The notes beneath the pieces are model-generated. The model was given only the letters and a program-made list of their open reading frames with translations. It was not told the DNA's origin and did not search any database. DNA of 62,234 bases from an uncultured Rhodohalobacter sp. (GTDB lineage Bacteria > Bacteroidota > Rhodothermia > Balneolales > Balneolaceae). The stretch lies in NCBI GenBank assembly GCA_964404705.1, contig CAYOLE010000001.1:1-62234 (forward strand). The letters are read 5' to 3'. Below, piece by piece: positions 10,786 through 20,046 of the stretch. A program made the position numbers and the translations under genes. The first letter of the stretch is position 1; each line of letters opens with the position of its first letter.

Positions 10786-12140
10786 TGGCTAAACAAAAAA
10801 TTACGTTTGAATGCTCAAATTGCGAATACAGTTCTCCGAAATGGCTTGGTGTGTGTCCATCCTGTAATAAATGGCATACATTTGAAGAGAAAGCAGAAGA
10901 AAAAAAGCAGCAAAAGCATAAGGTTGATATTAGCGAGACCGAAGATCAGCAGGATGCTATTCCATTGACATCGGTTGCGAGCCATGATCAGGACCGGCAA
11001 TCCACCGGTATCGAAGAGCTGGACAGAGTATTAGGAGGAGGAATTGTGAATGGGTCTTTTCTTTTGCTTGGAGGTGATCCCGGAATTGGCAAGAGCACGC
11101 TAATGTTGCAGCTTGCTAAAACAAAACCGGACTGGCCGATACTGTATGTTGCAGGTGAAGAATCACCCTCACAAATAAAACAGCGGGCTGCCAGGCTGTC
11201 TGTAAACGGTGATCAACTCTACATCTATTCAAGCTCAAATATCGATTCTATCATTGCCCAGGCCAGAAAGCTGAAGCCAGTACTGCTTGTGATCGATTCT
11301 ATTCAAACCGTATACAGTTCAAACCTAACATCGTTGCCGGGTTCGGTTCAACAGGTGCGCGAATGCTCTGCAATGTTGCAACAACTGGCAAAAAAAGAGG
11401 GAATCACAACCCTGATGATTGGTCATGTTACTAAAGAGGGTGATATTGCAGGGCCAAGAATTCTTGAGCATATGGTTGACACCGTTTTGCATTTTGAGGG
11501 GAATCAGAGCCATTTCCACCGTTTGCTCAGATGTGTAAAAAATCGTTTTGGCCCTGCGCAGGAGGTTGGTGTATTTGAGATGAAACAGGATGGGCTGTTT
11601 GAAGTACCTAATCCATCTGAACTTTTTTTGTCAGATTTAGATACAACTGTTAGCGGAAACTGCATCACGTGCATTATGGAGGGATCCCGGCCGATTCTGG
11701 TGGAAGTACAGGCACTGGTAACGGGCAGCAGTTACAGTACTCCGCAAAGGACGGCAAACGGGTTTGATCAAAGACGATTATCACTGCTGATTGCGGTACT
11801 CGAAAAACGTGGCGGTATCTCTTTTGCCGGCCAGGATGTTTATCTGAATATTGCAGGCGGATTGAAAATATCGGATCCCGCAGCTGATCTTGCTGTCGTC
11901 GCGGCTTTATCATCAAGTATAAAAGATCACCCCATACAGAAAAGTGCTGTGTTTATCGGGGAAGTGGGACTGGGAGGTGAGATCAGAAGTGTGCGGTACA
12001 GGGAGCAGAGAATTCGGGAGGCTGTAAAAATGGGTATAAAATCGGTAGTTGCACCTCCCGGACAAATGTCGATAGATGCGGATGTAGAACTGATAGAACG
12101 AACCTACATCACACAAATAGACAAAAAGTACAGTGCTTAG
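10785..12140 (+). CDS. radA: DNA repair protein RadA/Sms
   Basis: CxxC...CxxC zinc finger, GGDPGIGKST Walker A, KNRFG motif, Lon-like C-terminus. Confidence 0.98.
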   Translation: MAKQKITFECSNCEYSSPKWLGVCPSCNKWHTFEEKAEEKKQQKHKVDISETEDQQDAIPLTSVASHDQDRQSTGIEELDRVLGGGIVNGSFLLLGGDPGIGKSTLMLQLAKTKPDWPILYVAGEESPSQIKQRAARLSVNGDQLYIYSSSNIDSIIAQARKLKPVLLVIDSIQTVYSSNLTSLPGSVQQVRECSAMLQQLAKKEGITTLMIGHVTKEGDIAGPRILEHMVDTVLHFEGNQSHFHRLLRCVKNRFGPAQEVGVFEMKQDGLFEVPNPSELFLSDLDTTVSGNCITCIMEGSRPILVEVQALVTGSSYSTPQRTANGFDQRRLSLLIAVLEKRGGISFAGQDVYLNIAGGLKISDPAADLAVVAALSSSIKDHPIQKSAVFIGEVGLGGEIRSVRYREQRIREAVKMGIKSVVAPPGQMSIDADVELIERTYITQIDKKYSA

Positions 12141-12331
12141 TAATTTTCTCTTTGTCGCCTTCGCTCTTCACGTACGCTCTTCTTCAGTGCTTCTCTTCTT
12201 TCCTCAGAAGGCTTCGTGTACTGCTGGCGATCTTTAAATTCATTTAAAAGCCTTGAGCGTGTAACCATTTTTTTAAAGCGGTTAATTGCGCGATCAATGC
12301 TTTCATTATCTTTTACGTTGACTCCAATCAT
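12137..12331 (-). CDS. rpsU: 30S ribosomal protein bS21
   Basis: MIGVNVKDNESIDRAINRFKK...YTKPSEERR pattern, 64 aa, basic. Confidence 0.95.
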   Translation of the reverse strand: MIGVNVKDNESIDRAINRFKKMVTRSRLLNEFKDRQQYTKPSEERREALKKSVREERRRQRENY

Positions 12332-12461
12332 ATCATTTATATAGTTTGTATTTGTTAACAGACTCCAAATATAAGTAAATTTCTATCTCTATAACAGCCT
12401 GCCGCTTCAAAAAATTTCATAGTCTGTAAGGGTAGGTTATTGTGAATAAAATGAAAGAATC

Positions 12462-13130
12462 TTGAACAAATATATTGAAACAGTTCGATCTTTATTTTCA
12501 GAACCCCGTAAGGTTATTGATAATTTTTTGAAGGGAGGCAGAACAGGGTACAGTCACCCATTTATTTTTTGCTTGACAGGTGCTGTGGCTGTGATTTTAC
12601 TGAACACTCTGTTTGTTGATTTCATTGTTTCTCCCCAGGTAGATGAGGTTGCATCCAATGGTGAGGACCTGCAGCAATTAGCAGAGCAAATGCAGATTAC
12701 ATCTGTTCGCGCAGCCACTCAGTTTCTTCCGCTTTCAATGTTTTTACTTTTAATAATCTCCCTGTCCATAGGCGGTATTTTATTTTTACATGAAAAAACA
12801 GAGGGATATTATGATCAGCTGATTATTAACAGTTATGCAACAGGTGCCTCATTTTTAACACTTCCAATTCTGATACCTATCTGGCAATTTTCCGGGCAAT
12901 CACTTCTTGATCCTTTTATGAATACAACGTTACCCGCAATGGTGATTGCCGGAGTAATTTTATGGATTTACAGGCTCTATTATAAAGTCGATTCATTTAT
13001 AGACTGGATAAGGATACTCTCTTCATATATTACAGGATATGTAATTTTTGTTATGCTGCTTGGTGTATTGTCGGCCGTAGCAGGATATATGATTTTTGTA
13101 TTTGAGCGTTTGTTTGAATTATCCGGCTGA
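12462..13130 (+). CDS. Hypothetical membrane protein, DUF3667-like
   Basis: TVRSLFSEP...GRTGYSHPF motif followed by 4-5 TM helices. Confidence 0.6.
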   Translation: MNKYIETVRSLFSEPRKVIDNFLKGGRTGYSHPFIFCLTGAVAVILLNTLFVDFIVSPQVDEVASNGEDLQQLAEQMQITSVRAATQFLPLSMFLLLIISLSIGGILFLHEKTEGYYDQLIINSYATGASFLTLPILIPIWQFSGQSLLDPFMNTTLPAMVIAGVILWIYRLYYKVDSFIDWIRILSSYITGYVIFVMLLGVLSAVAGYMIFVFERLFELSG

Positions 13131-13131
13131 T

Positions 13132-13971
13132 CTAAACTTTATTAAGATGAAATCTGATCGGCAGATTATAGTTTAAAGCCCCAATTCCGAAAAGAGCATA
13201 ATCATATCTTGCGGGATCATCGGGGCTGAGAATTGCGAGAGTTTGCGTGAGTTGGTTAACGGTTTTCCAGTCATTCGTTCTGCGTGTTAAAAGACCAAAT
13301 TTCCTGGCTTGACGTGCAACATGAACATCAAGTGGAATCAGTAGTTCTGATGCAGGCATGAAAGACCAGATACCCGTATCTACCAAACTGTTCTTTCGAA
13401 TGGTCCATCGCAAAAACATGTAGAGCCGCTTACACGGACTTCCTTTTTCCGGGTTTGATATGTGTTTACGTGTTCGTTCCGAAAGATCGGGACAGTAGCT
13501 AAAAAACCGTTCGTTAAAAATAGCTAAAAGAGGCCTGTTTTGATTCCTTCCCATATCGTAACAGTCACTCCAGAACGATTCAAAATCAGTGTGAGAATTA
13601 TAAATTTCCTGCAGAGTTAACACAAGGCCGTGCAGATCAATCGGTTTAAACGTTCGATGTTTGAAAGATTTAAATCTATTAAACATAGATTGATTATATC
13701 TCATCACAAAATGATAGGGCTCATAATCCATCCGTTTCAGAAGCTCATTTACTTTTGAAACAACAACATCACGTCTTCCCCAGGCCATGGTTGCTGCAAA
13801 GAATCCCGCAATTTCCTGGTTTTTCTTCTCCTCAAATGCGTGCATAAACTGAACAGGATCAAGCGGAATATAATCCGGTTGTTCAACTCTGTCGCTGATC
13901 GTGTCGAGAATGGGTTTTAACTGGAGGAGCGTATCATGTGATCGCTTTCTTAAAAGCGGCTTCTTAATCAT
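13132..13971 (-). CDS. TIGR02757/DUF2400 family protein
   Basis: DPVQFMH, EIAGF..ATMAWG, SPCKRLYMFLRW, IPLDVHV and DPARYDYALFG motifs. Confidence 0.9.
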   Translation of the reverse strand: MIKKPLLRKRSHDTLLQLKPILDTISDRVEQPDYIPLDPVQFMHAFEEKKNQEIAGFFAATMAWGRRDVVVSKVNELLKRMDYEPYHFVMRYNQSMFNRFKSFKHRTFKPIDLHGLVLTLQEIYNSHTDFESFWSDCYDMGRNQNRPLLAIFNERFFSYCPDLSERTRKHISNPEKGSPCKRLYMFLRWTIRKNSLVDTGIWSFMPASELLIPLDVHVARQARKFGLLTRRTNDWKTVNQLTQTLAILSPDDPARYDYALFGIGALNYNLPIRFHLNKV

Positions 13972-15064
13972 AAGTTAGTGTTCCTTCAGATATCGGATGG
14001 CCTGTTTTCTGCAGTTTATCAATTATCATTTTGTTAGCCTTTGGAAATGGATATTCATTTATCTCATTAATAGTTACCCATTCCAGGGCATTGCTCGATT
14101 TTGGTTTTGGAGTTCCGTGTTCAATTGTACACCAATATGCATGAAGCGTAATTTTAAAGTGAGAGTATGCGTGCTTTACCACCATGAATTTTTTATTCAC
14201 TTTAACTTCAACATCCAGCTCTTCTTCAAGTTCACGGCAAACCGTGTCTTTAATAGACTCGCCTGACTTCTGCTTGCCGCCTGGAAATTCCCACAAACCC
14301 CCGAGCATCACATCGTCAGGCCGCAGGGCAATTAATAATCTCCCGTTTCGATCTGTAATAATGCCCACGCCAATTTGATGGTGTGGGATCTTTTTCTTGG
14401 GTGATTTATAGGGAATTATATCAGTTTCTACCGAATTAAACGCAAAGCAATTCACCGAAAGCGGACAGTTGGTACAATCTGGATTTTTAGGAGTGCAAAC
14501 CATGGCACCCAGTTCCATAACTGCCTGGTTAAAATCGCCAGGATAATCTTGAGGAATAATTGCATCTGCCAGTTGCTGTATTTCATTTTTAACAGCGGAG
14601 CGCCTGATATCATCTTTTACTCCAAAATAGCGGCTTAAAACCCTGATGACATTTCCATCAACAACAGCCTGTTTCTCTTTATAAGCAATGCTGCTGATGG
14701 CGGCAGCGGTATAGGGCCCGATTCCTTTCAGTTTGATCAATTCTTTGTAAGTATCCGGAAAAACACCTTCAAATTTGTTTATAACCTCCTTCGCGGCTTT
14801 ATGCATATTCCGCGCACGGCTATAATAACCAAGGCCTTCCCAGATTTTTAAAACCTGTTGGGGATCGGCCTCCGCGAGATCTTCAACAGCAGGGAAAGTG
14901 CCAAGAAATCGTTTATAGTAAGGAATTACAGTATCAACTCGTGTTTGCTGAAGCATAATTTCTGATATCCAGATTCGGTATGGATCAGATGTATTGCGCC
15001 ACGGCATGTCGCGTTTATTTCGATAATACCATTTAAGAAGAGGGTGAACCGGAAATTCAGTCAC
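13964..15064 (-). CDS. mutY: A/G-specific adenine glycosylase with a C-terminal NUDIX domain
   Basis: SEIMLQQT, GLGYYSRARN, HhH LKGIGPYTA, VDGNV, C-X6-C-X2-C-X5-C [4Fe-4S] motif and HAYSHF. Confidence 0.97.
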   Translation of the reverse strand: MTEFPVHPLLKWYYRNKRDMPWRNTSDPYRIWISEIMLQQTRVDTVIPYYKRFLGTFPAVEDLAEADPQQVLKIWEGLGYYSRARNMHKAAKEVINKFEGVFPDTYKELIKLKGIGPYTAAAISSIAYKEKQAVVDGNVIRVLSRYFGVKDDIRRSAVKNEIQQLADAIIPQDYPGDFNQAVMELGAMVCTPKNPDCTNCPLSVNCFAFNSVETDIIPYKSPKKKIPHHQIGVGIITDRNGRLLIALRPDDVMLGGLWEFPGGKQKSGESIKDTVCRELEEELDVEVKVNKKFMVVKHAYSHFKITLHAYWCTIEHGTPKPKSSNALEWVTINEINEYPFPKANKMIIDKLQKTGHPISEGTLTYD

Positions 15065-16635
15065 TGCGAATCAATCACATTTTGTATTTGTGGATCTTCT
15101 GACTCCTCTACCTCTGCTACCCGGAGTTCGAATTCCTGTGAGGCGGCAGCACCAAACTGGTCTGTGGCAATTACACGAAATGTATGTGCCCCGACCTGCC
15201 GGATGGTGGGAGTCCATCTGAATACACCTGTTTGTTCATTTAGTGAAGCGCCAGAGGGCAGATCAGCACCAAGATATCTGATCAGGTCGGGATGCGTGCC
15301 ATCCGGATCAAAAGCAGATATTTGCTGTTCAAAGGCTTCATCAGCCGGAATGGTTTGCGGCCGGGTGGGAGTGAATCGCGGAGGAGAATTAAAAGGTCTT
15401 ACATCTACTGTAAATTGCATTTGTGTACTTTGCCCGGCAGGTGTAGTTGCAGTAACCTCAATTTGCTGCCGGCCGGTATCGGAGGCTCCAGGTTGCCAGA
15501 AAAGTGAATTTCCACGAACTTTTATATTATTGATCGAGCTTTCCACACTAAATGTAATATTAGAATCATCTCCGGCGTATCCTTCAATTTCAAGCGGAAG
15601 AATCAGCGGTTTTGGAAATGGAAGGGTAACTGTCTCGATCTGTTTAATGGCAAAACGATCGGCCTCATCACCTGCACCGGTACTTCTGCCTGGATCTGAA
15701 GTTCTGATAACCGGAAACAATGAGTTTGACTCGGAGACCAATAACCGGTCTTTATTAATCGTAAAATGGTTACCCGCGCGTTCGTTTTCTTTCCATTTGA
15801 TGATTTCTCCGTCAGGATTTCCAATCCATAATACATTATTTTCAGTTCGAACAACGATTTCATTCCCCCAATAACCAAGTTTTTTCACCGGAGATTCTAC
15901 ATTTATTTGATGGCGGGTATTGCCATTAGAATCGATCAGAAAAATATCACCCTCGTTGTTTGATCCAATAAGTTCACTTTCTGTAAAAAAAATTTTATTG
16001 AGAGAGTTGCTTAACTCCACTTCACCGTCATGTATTAGCTCATCATTACTGGAATTATAGCGATAAATATCTATGAAAGATTGATCACTTAAAACGTAAA
16101 GTACACGGTTTTCATCCGTTGCAAGATCGTTTACAGTTCTATTTTCAAGACGATCAGGATCTACAGGAAGAGGATCAGTATCCACACTTTGTGGCGTTTC
16201 AAGACTAACGGATACAAGTTGGCCATTTTGCATTGCCACGTACAGATCATTTCCAATTCTGCGCACAGAAACCGGTGCTTCGGGCAATACAGTTGAGGAA
16301 TAAACACCAAGAACCGAGGTAGGTTCAATTACAGTTAAACGGCGCCCGTTACCGTGTAGATAAGCAAATCGTATGTCAGCATGCAGCTGGTTTCCTCTTC
16401 TTTGCATTCCTTTTGAGGAATACAGCCATTGTAAAGAATCTTCATAGGTTCTGAAAACTACGAGTCCTTCGCTTTCTGATAAAACGTAAAGATGAGAATG
16501 TGAACTTTCAACATCGAGAATATCCGGAATCTCAAATTCATTGCTGATGTCGTGATTTAATTGTGAAAACGCATCTTCGCAGTGCAATGCAAATAGAGAT
16601 AACAGTAGGATTGAAACTGCCAATATATATTTCAT
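15061..16635 (-). CDS. Secreted protein with an N-terminal beta-propeller-like region and two C-terminal Ig-like (He_PIG/cadherin-like) domains
   Basis: Signal peptide MKYILAVSILLL; LPSGASLNEQTGVFRWTPT...ATDQFG and NSPPRF Ig/cadherin-type motifs; start set at ATG 16635. Confidence 0.75.
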   Translation of the reverse strand: MKYILAVSILLLSLFALHCEDAFSQLNHDISNEFEIPDILDVESSHSHLYVLSESEGLVVFRTYEDSLQWLYSSKGMQRRGNQLHADIRFAYLHGNGRRLTVIEPTSVLGVYSSTVLPEAPVSVRRIGNDLYVAMQNGQLVSVSLETPQSVDTDPLPVDPDRLENRTVNDLATDENRVLYVLSDQSFIDIYRYNSSNDELIHDGEVELSNSLNKIFFTESELIGSNNEGDIFLIDSNGNTRHQINVESPVKKLGYWGNEIVVRTENNVLWIGNPDGEIIKWKENERAGNHFTINKDRLLVSESNSLFPVIRTSDPGRSTGAGDEADRFAIKQIETVTLPFPKPLILPLEIEGYAGDDSNITFSVESSINNIKVRGNSLFWQPGASDTGRQQIEVTATTPAGQSTQMQFTVDVRPFNSPPRFTPTRPQTIPADEAFEQQISAFDPDGTHPDLIRYLGADLPSGASLNEQTGVFRWTPTIRQVGAHTFRVIATDQFGAAASQEFELRVAEVEESEDPQIQNVIDSQ

Positions 16636-16640
16636 AGAAA

Positions 16641-17612
16641 TCAGAGCCAATTATGTTGTTTATACCAGTGGAGTGTACGAGAGATTCCTTCTTCCAGAGA
16701 AACTTCCGATCGATAGCCGAGTTCTTTTTCGGCTTTTTCCGAACTGCATGTCCATTCAAAAATCATTTCGCGAGCCTTTTCACGATTAACAACGGGATAT
16801 GAACCAAATAATGATGCAGTTGTTTCTATAAATCCCGCCACTTTTTTTACAATAGCTGGATTTAGTTTAAAAGCAAAGCTTTTTTTCCCCAGAACTGTTT
16901 CTGCGATCTGTATAATTTCTTTCCAGCAGGTAACCTGACCCGAAATAAAATAGGTGGATACCCCTTCTTTAGTAGATTGTGATGCATTTTCGATTCCACG
17001 CACCAGATCGGATACATATATTACAGATAGTTTTGGGCGGGTACCATTTCCCACAATGGGGGCAACTCTATAACTCATAATTTTAAAGAGAGTATAAATC
17101 TGTGCTTCCCTTGGCCCATAAACTGCTGGCGGACGTAAAATTTTGACAGACATGTTACCTGTGGTGTTTTCATGAATCATCTGTTCCATCAGTTTTTTCG
17201 ATTCGCCATACATACTGACTGGATTCATTGGGTCCTCTTCGGTTCTTGGTCTACCGTTACTGGGTCCGGCTGCTGCCAGGGATGATAAAATTACAATATT
17301 AGAAACGCCAGACTGAAGTGCGATCCGTAATAAATTTTCGGTTGCATCAACATTTGCAAGTGTAAATTGTTGTTTTGTAGGAGCGGAAACAATTCCAGCG
17401 AGATGAAATATCACATTAACATCAGAAAGGGCCTTTTTTATGGTAACGATGGAACTTAGGTCGCCTCTTACTTTAGTGTATGATTTATTCTTAAGCCACT
17501 TTTCGGAAGAGCGAACCAGGCATTTGACTTCTGAATAATCTTTTGATTGAATCAGGTGCTCGGTTAAATGGCTGCCAATAAAACCTGTACCACCGGTAAC
17601 AAATGCTTTCAT
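16641..17612 (-). CDS. Extended SDR (NAD-dependent epimerase family), putative ceramide reductase CerR
   Basis: TGGTGFIG, SSLAA, YGESK (YxxxK) and RPPAVYGP motifs; divergent from the GT4-GT4-spt-GNAT run. SDR call is secure, CerR role is inferred. Confidence 0.75.
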   Translation of the reverse strand: MKAFVTGGTGFIGSHLTEHLIQSKDYSEVKCLVRSSEKWLKNKSYTKVRGDLSSIVTIKKALSDVNVIFHLAGIVSAPTKQQFTLANVDATENLLRIALQSGVSNIVILSSLAAAGPSNGRPRTEEDPMNPVSMYGESKKLMEQMIHENTTGNMSVKILRPPAVYGPREAQIYTLFKIMSYRVAPIVGNGTRPKLSVIYVSDLVRGIENASQSTKEGVSTYFISGQVTCWKEIIQIAETVLGKKSFAFKLNPAIVKKVAGFIETTASLFGSYPVVNREKAREMIFEWTCSSEKAEKELGYRSEVSLEEGISRTLHWYKQHNWL

Positions 17613-17695
17613 TTAATTGTATATTATGTGGCTATAAAAGATCTGAATTATCAGATTTATTAAGATACGAAGTTGAACGCTGCATAGAAAACTGC

Positions 17696-18850
17696 ATGAG
17701 AAATTTGAAGGTTGCCCTTTTTACAGGCAATTACAACCATATAAGAGACGGTGTTTCTCTAACCTTAAATCGATGGGTGGATTATCTTCTAAAAGCCGAA
17801 GCAGAAGTGTTGATTTTTGGTCCTACTGTAGAAAATCCGGATCTGGATCATGTAGGTACACTTATAAAAATTCCATCCATAAAAATGCCAGGCCGGCCAG
17901 AATATCGTATTACTGTTGGGTTACCATCCATGGAAAAAAACCGGTTGGAGTCCTTTAGTCCAGATATTATACACATTGCAACCCCTGATGTTTTAGGTTT
18001 TCAGGCATTAAGATGGGGACGAGACAACAATATACCGTTGGTTTCATCCTATCACACTCACTTTACCAGTTATCTTAAATATTATCATCTGCATTATGTA
18101 GAACAACTCGGCTGGAAATATTTAAGGTGGTTTTATAGCCACTGCAGCCAAATTTATGTTCCAACGCAATCTATGATTAACGAACTTAAGGCCCATTGTA
18201 TAGGATCGAAAAATGACAGCCTGCGTATTTGGGCTCGGGGTGTAGATACCGAGCTTTTCAATCCACAAAAAAGAAGCCAGGAATGGAGAAAGGAAAAAGG
18301 TTTTGCCGATGATGAGATAGTAATCACTTTTGTTTCGAGACTTGTGTGGGAAAAAAACTTAAAATTATATGCTGATGTAGTCCGGGAACTCGAATCCAGG
18401 GAAAAACGTGTTCGTTCTCTTGTAGTGGGTGACGGACCTGCAAAAGAAGAGATGATGGAGATGTTACCCAATACGGTTTTTACCGGTTTTTTAAGAGGTG
18501 ACCAACTGGCCATTGCCTATGCAAGCAGTGATATTTTCTTTTTTCCCTCTGACACAGAAACATTTGGGAATGTAACACTCGAAGCGATGGCCAGCGGACT
18601 GCCATGTCTTGTGGCAGACGCTTCGGGAAGCAAATCTCTGGTGGAGCATGGCGTAAATGGTTTCTTAGTGGATGTTGAAAATGAAACAGCATTTTACGAA
18701 TATGCGAAACAGCTCGTGAAAAATGATCAGCTCAGAGAGGAAATGTCACAACAGTCTTATATTAAATCCGGAGATTTTACGTGGGATAAGATTAACAGCG
18801 GGCTATTGAAAAACTATTACGAATTAGTGGAACTACAGGATTTTTCGTGA
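17696..18850 (+). CDS. GT4 glycosyltransferase, putative glycolipid or ceramide glycosyltransferase
   Basis: ALFTGNYNHIRDGV, HIATP, SYHTHF, RGVDTELF and ETFGNVTLEAMASG (EX7E); start at ATG 17696 avoids overlap with the divergent gene. Confidence 0.9.
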   Translation: MRNLKVALFTGNYNHIRDGVSLTLNRWVDYLLKAEAEVLIFGPTVENPDLDHVGTLIKIPSIKMPGRPEYRITVGLPSMEKNRLESFSPDIIHIATPDVLGFQALRWGRDNNIPLVSSYHTHFTSYLKYYHLHYVEQLGWKYLRWFYSHCSQIYVPTQSMINELKAHCIGSKNDSLRIWARGVDTELFNPQKRSQEWRKEKGFADDEIVITFVSRLVWEKNLKLYADVVRELESREKRVRSLVVGDGPAKEEMMEMLPNTVFTGFLRGDQLAIAYASSDIFFFPSDTETFGNVTLEAMASGLPCLVADASGSKSLVEHGVNGFLVDVENETAFYEYAKQLVKNDQLREEMSQQSYIKSGDFTWDKINSGLLKNYYELVELQDFS

Positions 18851-19965
18851 AAATTTTATATATCTCACACTCACATCCACCCGATGAGCAGCCGCTGGAA
18901 AGTATTGGCGGCATGCAGAATGTGAGTATGCAAATGATGCAAACATTGCGAGTAAGGCCAGAAGTAGAATTAAAAACTATACTTCAAAAAACTTCCTGGA
19001 AAGGGATTGGTTTTAAAACATTCTTTTTTTTAGTGACTTTACTGTGGAAAATTCCCCAGGAAACAAAAAAATTTAAGCCAGATATAATCCTGTTTTCGTC
19101 TATGGTAACTGCCGGAGTTTTACCGTTTTTAATCAGAAAACCTAATGCCGCATGCGTTACTATAAATCATGGGCAGGACGTAACACTGCCTTTTAAAATT
19201 TATCAGCACTATTTGCCTATAGTATTTAAGAATTTGCAGGGAGTAATCTCTGTATCATCTGCTACAAGACAGGCTTGTATTGAAAGAGGAATGGATCCGG
19301 AAATAGGTGTTGCGCTGCCCAATGGATTTGTATTCAATTCTTCCGACACTCTTTTGGACAAACAAGCCGCACGCAGATTAATGGAAGAGAGGTTTTCGAT
19401 AGATTTGTCAGATAGTTTTTTGTTGCTAACTGTGGGTCGACAGGTTAAGCGTAAGGGCCATCAATGGTTTTTGGAACACGTTCTGGATAAAATAAAAAGT
19501 AGTGTGGTGATGTTGATGATTGGAGAGGGTCCGGAAAGTAATGCCATCATTGATGCGAGAGAGAAGAGTGTTAAACGCGATAGAATAATAATTGCGGGTC
19601 GGCAGCCGGATCAAATCCTGGAGGCTGCATACGCAGCAGCAGATCTGTTTATTATGCCGAACATTCCGGTGGAAGGAGATATGGAAGGATTTGGGATAGT
19701 ACTGCTTGAAGCGAATAGTGCAGAAGTTCCTGCTGTAGCTGCAAACCTGGAAGGAATAAAAGATGTAATTGAACAAGGAGTAAACGGATACAGAGTGCCT
19801 TCGAAAAATGCCGGTAAGTTTGCGGCTAAAATAGATCAGGTTCTTAGCAATGAGCTCCAAACGTTGTCTAAAAGCTCAAGAAAATTTGTTGCAGAAAAAT
19901 TTAGTTGGGATTTTGTTATCTCCCAATATTTAGATTTTTTAGAAAAAGTAAAATCGCGCAGTTAA
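18847..19965 (+). CDS. GT4 glycosyltransferase (PimB-like)
   Basis: GGMQN, GRQVKRKG and EGFGIVLLEA (EX7E); 4-bp overlap with the upstream GT4. Confidence 0.9.
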   Translation: MKILYISHSHPPDEQPLESIGGMQNVSMQMMQTLRVRPEVELKTILQKTSWKGIGFKTFFFLVTLLWKIPQETKKFKPDIILFSSMVTAGVLPFLIRKPNAACVTINHGQDVTLPFKIYQHYLPIVFKNLQGVISVSSATRQACIERGMDPEIGVALPNGFVFNSSDTLLDKQAARRLMEERFSIDLSDSFLLLTVGRQVKRKGHQWFLEHVLDKIKSSVVMLMIGEGPESNAIIDAREKSVKRDRIIIAGRQPDQILEAAYAAADLFIMPNIPVEGDMEGFGIVLLEANSAEVPAVAANLEGIKDVIEQGVNGYRVPSKNAGKFAAKIDQVLSNELQTLSKSSRKFVAEKFSWDFVISQYLDFLEKVKSRS

Positions 19966-20046
19966 TGTTCCGATTTTGTTAATTTGATGAAACAGTAATA
20001 CTGTCTATATTTGTTGATTCCCAAAGATTAAAATTAAAGTCATGTA

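Noticed and set aside
12332-12370. Strong Shine-Dalgarno autoregulation of rpsU as described in Flavobacteriia
   Set aside because: No SD-like sequence lies at a suitable spacing upstream of the rpsU start.
15044-15874. 276-aa plus-strand ORF
   Set aside because: Antisense shadow of the Ig-domain gene, with no recognisable motif.
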